Source of the DNA: an uncultured Gammaproteobacteria bacterium
Lineage (GTDB): Bacteria; Pseudomonadota; Gammaproteobacteria; Burkholderiales; Thiobacillaceae
Reading direction: 5' to 3'
DNA length: 64,000 bases
Assembly (NCBI GenBank): GCA_947085345.1
Contig: CAMTWC010000016.1
Span: 5,657-69,656 of the forward strand
Part shown: one piece after another, positions 34,101 through 44,601 of the stretch
Position numbering within the stretch: position 1 is the first letter of the stretch
How the letters are laid out: every line of letters starts with the position of its first letter
Position numbers and translations under genes: made by a program
Notes under the pieces: model-generated
Told to the model about the DNA's origin: nothing
The model's database searches: none
What the model saw: only the letters and a program-made list of their open reading frames with translations

Positions 34101-37100
34101 AGGTGGCGCAGCACCTCCTGGCTCTGGAACCAGGCCATTTCAAACGCGCGCTCGACGAAGTGGCGGTCGCAATATTTATCGAGCAGCACCAATGCGGCCT
34201 CGCGCGTGTCCGCGACCCCGGAGATGATCTGCACGGTGGCCGATTCGTCGGGTGAGAGGGTCAGGGTGCGGCGGATCGCCACGATGGGATCGAGCACCGA
34301 CCCCTCGGTGTTCGACAACGGCGGGCTGTCGCGGCTGTCCAGAACCAGCGGGTTGGCAGGCGTGCGGCCACGCCCGATGAAGCGGGCGCGGTCGGTCTCG
34401 TAGGACGGTTCATCGGCCACCGCGCCCGGTGCGGCCAGCAGGTGAAACATCCATGGCACCTGCTCGCCCGGCATGCGGGGACGCCGTGTGCAGAGGATCG
34501 CCTGGCGCTCGGGCAGGATTTCGGTCTGCACGAACAGATTGCTGAACGAGCGATGCGCCAGGTCGGCATTCAACGGCGCCAGCACCACTTCCGCGTAACT
34601 CGTCACCTCGATGTGACGGAGCCGCGACGACTGGTTGGTGAGCGTGACACGACGGATTTCGACGTCGTCTTCAGGGGACACGCTGATCTCGGTGTGCGCT
34701 TCGATCGCCTGATCGCGCCGCCGGTATTCGGCGCGCGCCTGCACGAAGATCGCCTCGTAGTGATCGGCACGGCGCAGGGTCGGTTGATGCGCAGTCGACC
34801 AATACCGCCCGCTGTCGCGGTCGCGCAGGTAAATGAAGGTGCCCCAGCCATCGGAGGTGGCGTCCTCGCGCCAACGGGTGACGGCGAGGTCGCGCCAGCG
34901 GCTGTAACTGCCGCCGGCATGGGTCGCCATGACGTGGTAGCGGCCGTTCGACAACAGGTGAACTTCAGGGATCGGCGTGTTCGGTTCGGTGAACACGCGC
35001 ATGATCGCGCCGACGTCCGCGCTGGGGGGGCGTGCGGCGGCACTCACTTCGGCCGCGTGCGGGTGCAGGGTGGCGCCCTTCTTCGGCACCCGCTCCTGCA
35101 GCAACAACTCCGTTGCCCGGGCGAGCGGGTCGGACATGAAGCGGCGCTGCATCGGCTGGTTGAGCAATACATGCGCAAAGGCCAACAGGCTCATGCCCTG
35201 GTGATGCGCCATGAACGACCGCACGATGGCGTGAGGCTTGCCGCGCGGCACCCGCGATGGCGTGTAATCGACCGCCTCGTAGAAGCCGTAGGCGCCTAGA
35301 AAGCCATGATCGGACAGCGTCTGCAGGTTGCGGCACGCTTCCCGCGGCATCACCGTCAGCGCCAGTGCGCTGGCGTAGGGCGCGATGACCAGATCGTCCC
35401 CCAGTCCGCGCTTGAAGCCCAGCCCCGGCACGCCGAACGCCCGGTATTGGTAGACCTGGTGCATGTCGGTGGCGTTGTAGCAGGACTCGGAAATCCCCCA
35501 GGGGACCGCGCGTTGCCGGCCGTATTCGATCTGGCGCGACACCGCGGCCTTGCAGGTCTGTTCCAGCAGGGTGTTCGCGTAACTCGGCATGATCAGCTGC
35601 GGCATCAGGTACTCGAACATCGAGCCGCTCCACGAAATCAGGCTCACATCGCCGCCATGACTGGTCAGCAGGCGGCCAAGCGAGAACCAGTGCTTCTGCG
35701 GCACCTGTCCCTGCGCGATGAGCAGAAAACTGGCCAGGCGTGCTTCCGATGCCAGCAGGTCGTAGCAGGTTGGATCGCGTCGCCGTTCGCCGACGTCGTA
35801 GCCGATGGCCAGCAGGCCGCACGCAGCATCGTAGAGAAATTCGAAATCCATCGCCGCCAGTGCGCGACAACGATTCATCAGATCATCGATGATGGCGAGC
35901 TGCGTCAGCGCGCCTGTGCCTGCCGCATGCGCGCCGGCCAGTTCCATCCGTGTGGGGATGACGCTGAAGTGCTGCGGATCGGGTACGAGCAATTCAAGCT
36001 CGTCCCGAAGGGCGCGGGATTGCTGGTCGAATGCCTGCGCCCAGTAAGCCAGTTCGCCATCGATATCCGATGGCAGCCATGCAACCAGCACTCCGCCGAT
36101 GCGGTGAATCTCGTTCAGCGCGCTGGCGGTGGCAGTCAGCGTTTGCGGCGGTCCGTCCAGCGTGAATGCGCGGAGGATATCCCGCAGCAAGCTGATCTTT
36201 TTCGCAAGCCCGGGGGCGGGAGAGGCGGGCACGTGTTCGGCCAGAACCTGCAGGGTGTCCTGCAGCCCCTGGAGCGCGTTGGACGACAGCACCGGCTGAT
36301 TTTTCAACTCGGCCAGCCCCGCCTGCAGGGTGAGCAGACTGCCGGCCAGGTTGCCGCTGTCCACCGACGAGACGTATTGCGGGTGGAGCGGTTGCAGCGT
36401 GCGGGTGTCGTACCAGTTGTAAAAATGGCCACGGTAGCGTTCCAGTTTTTCCATCGAGGCCAGGGTGTTGCCGACGCGCCGCAGGCATTCTCCGGCCGTG
36501 ATATAACCGAAATCGACCGCCGCCAGGTCGGCCAGCAGCGACATGCCCATGTTGGTGGGCGAGGTGCGCGAGGCGATGGCCGGCGCCGGATATTCCTGGA
36601 AGTTGTCGGGCGGCAGCCAGTTGTCCTCTGGCCCGACGAAATCCGTGAAATAGCGCCAGGTGCGTCGGGCCGATGCCCGCAGGAACGCACGCTGATCGAC
36701 GCTCAGGTCCGGAGCGGGGGACACCAGCGGCCGGCTGATCCACCAGCCGATGACGGGCGACACCAGCCACAGCAACAGAATGGGCGCAGAAAAAATCCAT
36801 TCCACTGGCGGACGGGTCCAGGCCAGCGCCACGCCCAGCGCTGCCGCGAGAACCGGCGCGATCCACATCTCCCGGAAAAAATCGGCCAGTGACCGGCGTG
36901 CGTTGCGGCGTGCGTAGGCGGGCAGTTGCCACAGCAGCAAGCCGCGTCGCGTGAACAGCATCCGCACCCCCGAGCGCAGGATCGCCCCCAGGCCTATCAG
37001 CGTGTCGTAGGGCAAAAAGGCCAGGGTCAGCAGGGCGAGCGCGATCGGGTGGCCCGCGGATTTGCCGGTCAGACTCAGGTGCACCAGCCAGTCGCGTTCC

Positions 37101-39772
37101 TCAGGCTTGCGAATGAGTTCGATCACGGTGGACAGCAGGGTGGGCAGGAACATCACCGCAACGACTAGCAGGGTCCAGAACCACTCGGGTCCCGGACCCA
37201 ACAGCCATCCCCCTGCCAGCAAGGCGAGCAGCGACGGCGGCACGAGGCTGCGTCGCAGGTTGTCGAAAAGCTTCCACCGCGACAGGGCCGAGAGCGGGTT
37301 CGCCTGCCGCTTCGCCTTCGCTCCATTTTGCCCAGGCGGTCCCGGCACGCGCGGCAGCAGCCAGCCGGCAAGCTGCCAGTCGCCGCGTATCCAGCGATGG
37401 CGCCGGCTGGCCTCGATGGTGACACTGGCCGGATGTTCTTCGATGAGGTCGACATCGGTCACCAGTGCCGAACGCGCATAGCCGCTTTCCAGCAAATCGT
37501 GACTGAGGATGAGATTCTCCGGAAAGCGTCCGTCGACGGCTTGTCGAAACGCATCTACGTCGTAGATGCCCTTGCCGATGAACGAGCCTTCCCCGAAAAC
37601 ATCCTGGTAGACATCCGAAACCTCGCGCGTGTAGGGGTCTAGCCCCGAGTCGCCCGCGAACAGTCTGGTAAAGCGTGACTGGCCTGCACTGGTCAGGCTG
37701 ATCGAGGCGCGCGGTTGCAGGATCGCGTAGCCTTCGCCTATACGCCCCTTGCCGGCATCGTAGACCGGGCGATTGAGCGGATGCGCCAGATTGCCGACCA
37801 GGGTGCGTGCCGCGTCGCGCGGCAGTTGCGTGTCGGTATCCAGGGTGATGACGTACCGGATCGAAGCAAGAAGGGAGGTATCCCCGACAATGTCCGAGAA
37901 GGCCGTGTGCGCCCCGCCCCTGAGCCGGGCATTGAACTGTTCCAGCTTGCCGCGCTTGCGCTCATAGCCCATCCACACCTGCTCGAATGGATTCCACACC
38001 CGGGGCCGGTGAAACAGATAGAAGATGCACGGGCGATCGTCGCGGTAGGTCGCGTTGAGTGCTTCGACCGCGGCGCGCGCGTGGGCGAGCAAGGCCGCGT
38101 CGTCCGGCAGCGTTTGCTCGGGCGCGTCGCGGAAATCGGTCAGCAGGGCAAAGAACAGATTGAGATCGCGATTGCCGAGATAGCGGATCTCCATCGCTTC
38201 GAGCAGATCATCGACGTCCTGCGGGCTTGCCAGCAGGGTGGGGACGATCACCATGGTGCGATGGGCATCCGGGATCCCCGTGGAAAAATCCAGTCGCGGC
38301 AACGCGCGCGGCGGCAGGGTGAGCGTGACCAGCAGATTCACCAGCGGGACGGCCAGCGCGGAGGCGCCGATGATGAGGGGAAGTGCAAAAAACCAGACCC
38401 GCCCGTCGCCCGGATCGAAGCCGCCGAGAGCGGACAGAACGATCGCTGTCGCCAGTGCAGTCAGCAAGAGAATGGGACCGAGGTATAGAGGCAGCCGGAC
38501 ATGCCGGCTCGTTCGGCTGATCCGGGATTTCCACGACGGCCGGCAGCGGACCGCACGCTCCAGACGCTGCCGCCCCCGGTCGATCAGATAGTAGCCGACA
38601 TGCGCGCTGCGGTCGCGGATACCCCGTTGCGCGGCAGCCGCCTGCGCGAGAACAATGACTTCGCGTGCCACCGCCATTTCGCCGCACGTGCTGCCGCGCG
38701 CCACATCCTCGATGACATGCCGGTAGCGGTCGCGGGTGGCGAAATCCTGGCTGGCGTACATCGCCATCGGGTCTTCGCGCAAGGTCTGTTCGACGACACT
38801 GAGCGACTCGACGTAATGCTTCCAGTCCATGGCGCCGATGAAACGCAGGCTGCCGATGCTGTTGGCGATGGAAATCTGGTTGGCCGCGGCCGTTCGACCG
38901 GCCGCCTCCGACAATTCGGTTGCGGTCACCCCCTGTTCGTGCAGTTTTTGCTCGACCCAGGTTTGAACGAAGGCCATGGCGGGGCCCTGAGCCTGGAGCC
39001 GGTCGTAAAACTCCTCCACAAACGGCGCAGTCAGCGGCACATCGGCATTGGCAAACTCGGCCAGCAGCTGGATCAGCTGTTTCGGTTCGCTTTCGGCCGC
39101 GGCGAGCATGCGGTCTGCCCAGGTGATGGCCGCATCCCGCTCCTCGCGCCGCTGGGCGATACGCACCCCGACGCGGCGCAGGTTTTCCAGCAGCGCCAGC
39201 TGCAGCATGATCGGGAAGGCCCACAATTCGCCCAGCTTCAAGGATTCGACAGTCTGGTAGGCGGCGATGAACCGGGTGGCGTTGTCGCTGTCGACGCGGC
39301 CGTCCATGTGGGAGATCAATTCCAGCGCCAGGTCGTAGATGCGGGGGAAGCCGGCCGACAGGCCATCGGCCAGTCGCGGCAACTGCCGGCTGTATCCGCG
39401 CGGCAGATGCCGGCGCGCCAGACCGATCTGCTGCTCGATCAGATAGAAATTGTCGAGCAGCCAGGCCTCTGCCGGCACGATCCGTTGTCCCGGCGTCGCG
39501 GCGGCAGTGACGACGTCATAGGCCGCCAGCAGAACCTGCGCATTGTCCGCCAGCCGCGGCAGCAACCTGTCCGGCTCCGGACGGGGATCGATTCGATGCT
39601 GGCCTGCCAGGGTGACCGCGTGACGCTTCAGCTGCTCGATGCTGAACAGCTCCGAACGCAACAATTCGGTATCCCGGTCGTGACGCAGCGCGTTCCGCGT
39701 GCGTGAAGGAAATCCGAGCTCTTTAATGTCGATGACCTTCTCCTTGCTCGAACTCGGGGTGATCAGCGGCAC
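31106..39772 (-). CDS. ndvB: Cyclic beta-1,2-glucan synthase (NdvB/ChvB/Cgs; GT84 plus GH94)
   Basis: 2888 aa; [83 protein letters not shown]. Confidence 0.92.
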   Translation of the reverse strand: MPLITPSSSKEKVIDIKELGFPSRTRNALRHDRDTELLRSELFSIEQLKRHAVTLAGQHRIDPRPEPDRLLPRLADNAQVLLAAYDVVTAAATPGQRIVPAEAWLLDNFYLIEQQIGLARRHLPRGYSRQLPRLADGLSAGFPRIYDLALELISHMDGRVDSDNATRFIAAYQTVESLKLGELWAFPIMLQLALLENLRRVGVRIAQRREERDAAITWADRMLAAAESEPKQLIQLLAEFANADVPLTAPFVEEFYDRLQAQGPAMAFVQTWVEQKLHEQGVTATELSEAAGRTAAANQISIANSIGSLRFIGAMDWKHYVESLSVVEQTLREDPMAMYASQDFATRDRYRHVIEDVARGSTCGEMAVAREVIVLAQAAAAQRGIRDRSAHVGYYLIDRGRQRLERAVRCRPSWKSRISRTSRHVRLPLYLGPILLLTALATAIVLSALGGFDPGDGRVWFFALPLIIGASALAVPLVNLLVTLTLPPRALPRLDFSTGIPDAHRTMVIVPTLLASPQDVDDLLEAMEIRYLGNRDLNLFFALLTDFRDAPEQTLPDDAALLAHARAAVEALNATYRDDRPCIFYLFHRPRVWNPFEQVWMGYERKRGKLEQFNARLRGGAHTAFSDIVGDTSLLASIRYVITLDTDTQLPRDAARTLVGNLAHPLNRPVYDAGKGRIGEGYAILQPRASISLTSAGQSRFTRLFAGDSGLDPYTREVSDVYQDVFGEGSFIGKGIYDVDAFRQAVDGRFPENLILSHDLLESGYARSALVTDVDLIEEHPASVTIEASRRHRWIRGDWQLAGWLLPRVPGPPGQNGAKAKRQANPLSALSRWKLFDNLRRSLVPPSLLALLAGGWLLGPGPEWFWTLLVVAVMFLPTLLSTVIELIRKPEERDWLVHLSLTGKSAGHPIALALLTLAFLPYDTLIGLGAILRSGVRMLFTRRGLLLWQLPAYARRNARRSLADFFREMWIAPVLAAALGVALAWTRPPVEWIFSAPILLLWLVSPVIGWWISRPLVSPAPDLSVDQRAFLRASARRTWRYFTDFVGPEDNWLPPDNFQEYPAPAIASRTSPTNMGMSLLADLAAVDFGYITAGECLRRVGNTLASMEKLERYRGHFYNWYDTRTLQPLHPQYVSSVDSGNLAGSLLTLQAGLAELKNQPVLSSNALQGLQDTLQVLAEHVPASPAPGLAKKISLLRDILRAFTLDGPPQTLTATASALNEIHRIGGVLVAWLPSDIDGELAYWAQAFDQQSRALRDELELLVPDPQHFSVIPTRMELAGAHAAGTGALTQLAIIDDLMNRCRALAAMDFEFLYDAACGLLAIGYDVGERRRDPTCYDLLASEARLASFLLIAQGQVPQKHWFSLGRLLTSHGGDVSLISWSGSMFEYLMPQLIMPSYANTLLEQTCKAAVSRQIEYGRQRAVPWGISESCYNATDMHQVYQYRAFGVPGLGFKRGLGDDLVIAPYASALALTVMPREACRNLQTLSDHGFLGAYGFYEAVDYTPSRVPRGKPHAIVRSFMAHHQGMSLLAFAHVLLNQPMQRRFMSDPLARATELLLQERVPKKGATLHPHAAEVSAAARPPSADVGAIMRVFTEPNTPIPEVHLLSNGRYHVMATHAGGSYSRWRDLAVTRWREDATSDGWGTFIYLRDRDSGRYWSTAHQPTLRRADHYEAIFVQARAEYRRRDQAIEAHTEISVSPEDDVEIRRVTLTNQSSRLRHIEVTSYAEVVLAPLNADLAHRSFSNLFVQTEILPERQAILCTRRPRMPGEQVPWMFHLLAAPGAVADEPSYETDRARFIGRGRTPANPLVLDSRDSPPLSNTEGSVLDPIVAIRRTLTLSPDESATVQIISGVADTREAALVLLDKYCDRHFVERAFEMAWFQSQEVLRHLNATEADAQVFGRLANSVIYGNGLRRAAPGIIARNQLGQSGLWRFAISGDLPIVLLHIGDIKRIDRVKQVLQAHAYWRMKGLTADLVIVNEDFSGYRAVLQDLIMGLINAGPEAQVIDKPGGVFVRRAEELSEDERVLLQTVARIVFSDTAETLIEQVERRVSAERASDRLEPSQQATTEPVYPLAARDRIFSNGLGGFTPDGHEYVVTLEPGQNTPAPWVNVIASPHIGTVVSESGSAYTWAENAHEFRLTPWHNDPLSDSSGEALYIRDEETGAFWSPTPLPARGRSGYVCRHGFGYSVFEHFEAGIASELFTYVAMDAPVKFLVVKLHNQSKRARSLSLTGYWELVLGEWRHANLMHIVTETDPHTGALFARNAYGRECANRVVFAQVSERERSVSGSRTEFIGRNGSLASPAAMRRTRLSGKTGAGLDPCAAIQSRIELAAGQTREIVFVFGAARNADEARQLIQRFSGRASARQALETVWEHWNRTLGAVNVDTPDPALNVLANGWLVYQTLSCRLWGRSGYYQSGGAYGFRDQLQDTMALIHATPWLAREQLIRCAGRQFLKGDVQHWWHPPNGQGVRTHFSDDYLWLPYASCRYVRATGDTGVLDEPIHFLEGRELNPEEEAYYDQPQRSPEAASLYEHCVRAIKHGLRFGAHQLPLMGCGDWNDGMNLVGRDGKGESVWLAWFLVENLDLFAGLARGRGDAAFAEVCSDQAALLRTNIEAQAWDGAWYRRAWFDDGTPLGSSANDECQIDSISQSWAVISNGGDPVRARQAMAAVDQRLVRRDAQLIQLLDPPFDTSDLEPGYIKGYVPGVRENGGQYTHAAIWTTMAFAMMGNAERAWECFAMLNPVNHGNTPEAIERYKVEPYVMCADIYGASPHTGRGGWTWYTGAAGWMYRLTVETLLGLHLEVDHLRIAPCVPAHWDVYTIHYRYRETVHHITIRRIGEQSGHVIRVTVDGALVYDASVAGAGRPQGVIPLVDDRREHHVEVVLS

Positions 39773-40011
39773 TGGCCTGATGAGAGGTGCCCGGCGAGCA
39801 CGCCGGGCACGTTTTGCCTGTTGATTCGATCGCGATTTTTTTGCGCTGTTATGGCAGGGATTGAGGGCGTCGGGGTGGAACTGGACAAAATCCGTTATGC
39901 GACTGCCCGGAATTGTATGTCCTGTCTTTCAGCTGCGGCAGCACCATCCATCATGACCGGCAGCCGCCTTGCGATCCCAGCCAGGCTTGTGGCGGTCAGG
40001 AGAAACGGCGA

Positions 40012-40224
40012 CTACTTGCGCATAAAAAGCAGAAACGCGCCTGCTGCTATTGCACCCACGCCGGCCCAGACGGGGATGTTTACGGTCTCCTTGTCCTTGA
40101 TCGACAGCTCGATCGGACCCAGCTTGGCCTCGTGCGTGTCCTTGGTATAGGTGAACCCGCCATACAATAAACCGAGACCGCCGGCCACGATCAGCACGAT
40201 GCCCAACATTTTGACTGCATTCAT
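40012..40224 (-). CDS. DUF3185-like small membrane protein
   Basis: 70 aa, LGIVLIVAGGLGLLYGGFTYTKDTH...IPVWAGVG; start set at ATG 40224. Confidence 0.75.
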   Translation of the reverse strand: MNAVKMLGIVLIVAGGLGLLYGGFTYTKDTHEAKLGPIELSIKDKETVNIPVWAGVGAIAAGAFLLFMRK

Positions 40225-40350
40225 TTCATCTTCTCCAGTAGGGATGTACGTGATTCGTGCCACAGGCGACGGGGAAGCCGGGTAGAAAGCACGCGTAACC
40301 AGCCGCATCGCCCTACCCGGCAGCTCCCAGCATAGAATACTTCCAGGTCG

Positions 40351-40497
40351 TTACAGACTTCGGCCCTGAATGACACGCACCAGGATCACCACGATCGCGA
40401 TGACCAGAAGGATGTGAATCAGCCCGCCCATGGTGTATGAGGTGACCAGGCCAAGCAGCCAGAGGATGATCAGGATAATTGCAAGGGTTTGTAACAT
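40351..40497 (-). CDS. Lmo0937-family small membrane protein
   Basis: 48 aa MLQTLAIILIILWLLGLVTSYTMGGLIHILLVIAIVVILVRVIQGR. Confidence 0.85.
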   Translation of the reverse strand: MLQTLAIILIILWLLGLVTSYTMGGLIHILLVIAIVVILVRVIQGRSL

Positions 40498-40600
40498 GTT
40501 TTCTGCTCCAGATAAGGGGTGTTTTTGTCGCGGAGCCAGCCATCCGCCGAGTGACCGCGATGCGCCGACCAGGTGGAGCCGGCGCATCGCATGTCGAATA

Positions 40601-40816
40601 TCATTTGCCGACTTCGTGGCCGATGACGCCGCCGACAGCCGCGCCGCCCACGGTTCCGACTGCGCTGCCGCCCGTCAGGACGGCACCGCCGATGGCGCCG
40701 ACCCCTGCACCGACTGCGGTGTTTTTGTCCTGCGACGACATGTTGGCACATCCGCCCAAGCCGAGCAGGAGGCTCGCGGAAACGGTAACTAGTGTGAGTT
40801 GCTGTATGGTTTTCAT
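40601..40816 (-). CDS. Glycine-zipper 2TM lipoprotein (OsmB-like)
   Basis: Lipobox LGGC, TAVGAGVGAIGGAVLTGGSAVGTVGGAAVGGVIGHEV. Confidence 0.88.
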   Translation of the reverse strand: MKTIQQLTLVTVSASLLLGLGGCANMSSQDKNTAVGAGVGAIGGAVLTGGSAVGTVGGAAVGGVIGHEVGK

Positions 40817-40961
40817 GGCATTCCTTTGAGGAGCATGGTTTGGAAGTGGCGCATCGGCAAACCCTTGCCGGGCAAGCACTGTGCTTCGCCAGGCGCGCGG
40901 TTTTTAGTGTGGCGCCTGGTCGCGGTGCAGACGCCGCACACATGCGGGCCCCGATGATTCA

Positions 40962-41004
40962 AGCTTAGGGGGCGCTGCCGTCGCCGTCTGTCTGCCAGCG
41001 CACA
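40962..41004 (-). promoter_or_regulatory. CRP-like site plus -10 hexamer driving the glycine-zipper/Lmo0937/DUF3185 genes
   Basis: Minus strand TGTGCG-CTGG-CAGACA (40989-41004), 21-nt gap, TAAGCT (40962-40967) preceded by C. Confidence 0.72.
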
Positions 41005-41040
41005 TAACGCAGGCAGCGCGCCCATCAAAGGGCTACTCCG

Positions 41041-41796
41041 TCACTCAGGGACGGCGTGGGTCGGACTGTCACCGCCCTGGCGGTATCTCACATCGCACAG
41101 CAGACGGTTCAGTTCCGTCTTCACCACGGCGTAGCACTCGCAGACGCGGGTTTCCAGTCCGGCGCGATCCAGCACCGCGATGTGACCGCGGCGGTAACTG
41201 ATGACACCCGCATGCTGCAATTTCCCGGCAGCCTCGGTGATGCCTTCGCGGCGCACGCCGAGCATGTTGGCGATCAGTTCCTGCGTCATGACCAATTCGT
41301 TCGAGGGCAATCGATCCAGCGTCAGCAACAGCCAGCGGCACAGTTGTTGTTCCACCGAATGGTGCCGATTGCACACCGCGGTCTGCGACATCTGTGTCAT
41401 CAACGCCTGGGTGTAGCGCAGCAACAAGCGCTGCAGCAAGCCGGCGCGATTGAATTCCTGCAACAGCTTGCGGCTCTCCAGCCGATAAGCGTGTCCCGCG
41501 GTCTGCACCACGGCCGAGCTGGAGGTGGTGTCGCCGCCCATGAACAACGACACGCCGACGACGCCCTCGTTGCCCACGCCCGCGGATTCGGACGAAGCGC
41601 CAGACTCCATGACGTAGTGCAGTGAGACGATGGCGGAGGTGGGGAAATAGGCGTGCCGCAAGTGGCTGCCGGGCTCGTAGAGCATTTCACCGAGCGGCAG
41701 CTGGACCCATTCCAGATGCGCGACCAGGAGGTCGAATTCCGCCGCGGGCAGGGCGGCGAGAAGATGGTTCTGGCTTGGATGATGGGGTGTGGCCAT
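41041..41796 (-). CDS. Crp/Fnr-family transcriptional regulator
   Basis: QNHLLAALP, cNMP-binding-like beta region (AYFPTSAIVSL, VGNEGVVG), HSVEQQLCRWLL, HTH MTQELIANMLGVRREGITEAAGKL. Confidence 0.92.
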   Translation of the reverse strand: MATPHHPSQNHLLAALPAAEFDLLVAHLEWVQLPLGEMLYEPGSHLRHAYFPTSAIVSLHYVMESGASSESAGVGNEGVVGVSLFMGGDTTSSSAVVQTAGHAYRLESRKLLQEFNRAGLLQRLLLRYTQALMTQMSQTAVCNRHHSVEQQLCRWLLLTLDRLPSNELVMTQELIANMLGVRREGITEAAGKLQHAGVISYRRGHIAVLDRAGLETRVCECYAVVKTELNRLLCDVRYRQGGDSPTHAVPE

Positions 41797-41820
41797 TGCT
41801 GATGGTAGCGTTGCTGCGTT

Positions 41821-42645
41821 CTACTTTTTAGCGGTGATTTCCACCCCGATGCCGCGGTAACCGATAAAGCGGCAGGACTGGGTGAACATCGGTTCGCCGC
41901 TGACCCTGAACCGCTGGTGCGAGCCATTGGCATTGACGCGGCTGTATATGAAATCAAGGAAGGGCTGGCGGGCGGCAATGGTGGCCTGAAGATAGGCCCG
42001 CTCTTCCTCGTTCCAGCCCGTGACATGACCGTCGGCGGCTTCCCCCGTAAGGGCGCCGACACGGATGCCGAGCATCTCCAGGACCGGGCCGGAAACCTTG
42101 GTGAAATTCATGTTCTCGTCCTGCTCCCAGTACCAGTCGGAGGCCAGTTCGGTCAGGCTGCGATAGCGCGCTTCACTTTCGCGTAATTCGGCGGTCCGCT
42201 CCCGCACTGTCTGTTCCAGTACCTGGTTGTAATGGTCGAGTTTCTTGTATAGCAGACGTACCTCCAGCATGTTATGGATGCGTGCCCTGGCTTCGACCAG
42301 GTCGAACGGCTTGCTGATGAAATCCTTGGCGCCGGCCTGCAAAGCACGCAGCTTGTGGCCGGGCTGGGCGGTGATCACAAGGACCGGCAGGTAGCCGTCG
42401 GCTTCGTTGGTCTTGAGGCCTTCCATCACCTGGAACCCATCCATACCGGGCATCTGCAGGTCGAGCAGGATCAGGTCGTAGTGGTTCTTGCGATGCAGCG
42501 CGAACACCTCGCGCGGATTCATGGTCGAGTCAACGTTGACGTAGCCGGCTTCACTCAGCATCTGCGCGAGCAGCATGACGTTGGGTTCCTGGTCGTCGAC
42601 GATCAGAATGCTGGCGTTCAGCATTTCCGACTCGTTCAGCATCAT
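41821..42645 (-). CDS. Response regulator: REC, coiled coil and PAS, no output domain
   Basis: ILIVDDQ, LLDLQMPGMDG, DFISKPF, ERTAELRESEARYR, DWYWEQD PAS, ends shortly after YRGIG. Confidence 0.85.
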   Translation of the reverse strand: MMLNESEMLNASILIVDDQEPNVMLLAQMLSEAGYVNVDSTMNPREVFALHRKNHYDLILLDLQMPGMDGFQVMEGLKTNEADGYLPVLVITAQPGHKLRALQAGAKDFISKPFDLVEARARIHNMLEVRLLYKKLDHYNQVLEQTVRERTAELRESEARYRSLTELASDWYWEQDENMNFTKVSGPVLEMLGIRVGALTGEAADGHVTGWNEEERAYLQATIAARQPFLDFIYSRVNANGSHQRFRVSGEPMFTQSCRFIGYRGIGVEITAKK

Positions 42646-44360
42646 GTTTGATCCTTTTTTGCTGCGCGGTTCGCTGGGGTTTTTGCGTGGGTCAATGCCA
42701 CATCCAGTGCATCCAGGAAGGAATTGACCTTGATCGGCTTGGTCAGGTAATTGAAAAACCCGGCCGCGAGGGCTTGCTCGATGTCACTGGCCAGGGCATT
42801 GGCGCTCAACGCGATGATCGGAATATGCGCCGTCATCGGGTCCGCGCGCAGGATGGTCATGGCTTCGACGCCGCTGATGCCGGGAAGGTTGATGTCCATC
42901 AAAATCACCTCCGGCTGATAAGCGCGCGCGAACTCGATGCCGAGGTTGCCGTCCGCCACGGAGAGCAGCCGCAGGTCGGGGCGGCGCGCAATGATTTGCT
43001 CGACCAGTTCCAGATTATCCGGATTGTCCTCGACGTAGAGCAGGGTACGCAGCGGGGTGCCATCCGGCAAGCGCGGCTGCCGCAGTGCCGCATCCGGGTC
43101 TTCCTGGACAGCAAGATGCGGCGCCGCGGTCAGGCCCAATTCCACCCAGAACACGCTGCCCGTGCCGACGGTGCTGTCCACGCCGATGACGCCCCCCATC
43201 AGCTCGACCAGCCGTTTGGTCACCACCAGGCCGATGCCCGTGCCTTCCTCTGTGCCAGTCTCCTTGCCGAGCCGGTTGAACGGCTGGAACAACTGCGCAA
43301 GCTGGTCCGGCGCCAGCCCTGCACCGGTGTCGCGGACGCTGATGCGGATCGAATCCGGCGGGCACGGGATGCACTCCACGTCCACCGTGCCGCCCGGCTT
43401 GTTGTACTTGATGGCGTTGAACAGCAGATTGATCAGAACCTGTTTGAGCCGGGTCCGGTCGGCTTTGACAAAGAAAGGTGTCCTGAAGCGCGGAAAGCTC
43501 ATGCCGATGCCGCGCTTCTGGGCCTGCGGCTCAATCATGGCCCGGCATTCGAGCATGACATCGGCCAGCGAGACGGGCTCCTGCGACAGCGTCACCTTGC
43601 CCGACTCGATCAGCGCGAGATCGAGGATTTCGTTGATCAGTTCCAGCAGGTACCAACCGCCCTTCAGAATCTGGTCGAGGCTGCGCTGCTGAATAAGGGT
43701 CGGTTGCGGCGTTCCGGATTCCATGAGCTGGGCGAAACCAAGGATCGCATTGAGTGGTGTGCGCAGTTCATGGCTCATGCCGGAGAGAAAGTCAGATTTT
43801 GCGCGGTTGGCTTTGTCTGCCGCGGCCATCGCCTCGTTCAGCTTCGCTTCGACCTGCTTGCGCACTGAGTTGTCGGTGCCGATCAAGAGGTAGCCGATGA
43901 GCGCGTCATGGTCATCGCGCAGCGCCGTGATCGACACGTTGGCGTCAAAGCGGCTGCCATTCTTGCGGATGATGGTCGTCTCGTAGACGTCGTAGACGTC
44001 CTCGATTCCGCGCGACGCCTTGAAAGCCAATGCCTCGAAGCCGGGCGCGATGGGGGTGGCGAGTTCGATGCTCAGCGCCTGCGCGCGTGCCATCACGTCC
44101 TGCGGATCATGCATCTCGCTTGGACTGATCCGGTTCACGACTTCAGCGGCGTCGTAGCCCAGCAAGCGCTCGGCGCCGACATTGAATAGCTGGATGATGC
44201 CTTTCTCGTCGGTGGCGATGATCGCGAAATTGGCGCTGGTGAGGATTGCGTTCTGCAAGGCCCCCGTTTTAAGCAAGGCCTCCTGGCGCTGCGTTTCGCT
44301 GCTGCCTGTCGCCTTGCCGACAGCGTCGACAAGGGCGGAAGCGTTTCCTGTTTCGGACAT
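42642..44360 (-). CDS. Cytoplasmic PAS hybrid histidine kinase
   Basis: N-terminal PAS (IIATDEKGIIQLFNVGAERLLGY), H-box MSHELRTPLNAI, NLLFNAIKYN, DTGAGL, GTGIGL, C-terminal REC (LYVEDN, ILMDINLPG, YLTKP); no TM segment. Confidence 0.92.
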   Translation of the reverse strand: MSETGNASALVDAVGKATGSSETQRQEALLKTGALQNAILTSANFAIIATDEKGIIQLFNVGAERLLGYDAAEVVNRISPSEMHDPQDVMARAQALSIELATPIAPGFEALAFKASRGIEDVYDVYETTIIRKNGSRFDANVSITALRDDHDALIGYLLIGTDNSVRKQVEAKLNEAMAAADKANRAKSDFLSGMSHELRTPLNAILGFAQLMESGTPQPTLIQQRSLDQILKGGWYLLELINEILDLALIESGKVTLSQEPVSLADVMLECRAMIEPQAQKRGIGMSFPRFRTPFFVKADRTRLKQVLINLLFNAIKYNKPGGTVDVECIPCPPDSIRISVRDTGAGLAPDQLAQLFQPFNRLGKETGTEEGTGIGLVVTKRLVELMGGVIGVDSTVGTGSVFWVELGLTAAPHLAVQEDPDAALRQPRLPDGTPLRTLLYVEDNPDNLELVEQIIARRPDLRLLSVADGNLGIEFARAYQPEVILMDINLPGISGVEAMTILRADPMTAHIPIIALSANALASDIEQALAAGFFNYLTKPIKVNSFLDALDVALTHAKTPANRAAKKDQT

Positions 44361-44481
44361 GGTGGGGTTCCGTGAAAAGCGTACGACGATCCGGGGGGAA
44401 GGCTACGCTTGTTTTGGGCAACAAAACAATGGGGCCGCCGCAGTCGGACAAGAAACCGGGTTTCTCCAAGGTTGAGCCTGG

Positions 44482-44524
44482 ATCATCGCGGGCTTTCACA
44501 TGATTTTCTGTGCGCTGGCACACA
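44482..44524 (-). promoter_or_regulatory. CRP-like site plus weak -10 driving the kinase/regulator/Crp operon
   Basis: TGTGCG-CTGG-CACACA (44509-44524), 21-nt gap, minus-strand GATGAT (44482-44487). Confidence 0.6.
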
Positions 44525-44601
44525 TAAGCCGGTCGGGCCCGGGTCGCCACGATTTTCGACCGTTGCGGCCTGAAAGCCGATTTCTGTGCGTGGTTAGGCT
44601 G

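Noticed and set aside
39773-40010. Additional CRP-like boxes upstream of ndvB, elaB, folE and the hemolysin III gene
   Set aside because: Candidate -10 hexamers exist (e.g. TACAAT at 39912-39917), but the 16-mers 21 nt upstream match the consensus poorly
40924-40940. GGTGCAGACGCCGCACA as a sixth CRP-like site
   Set aside because: Half-site spacing is off by one base and it lies downstream of the predicted TSS of the 40989 promoter
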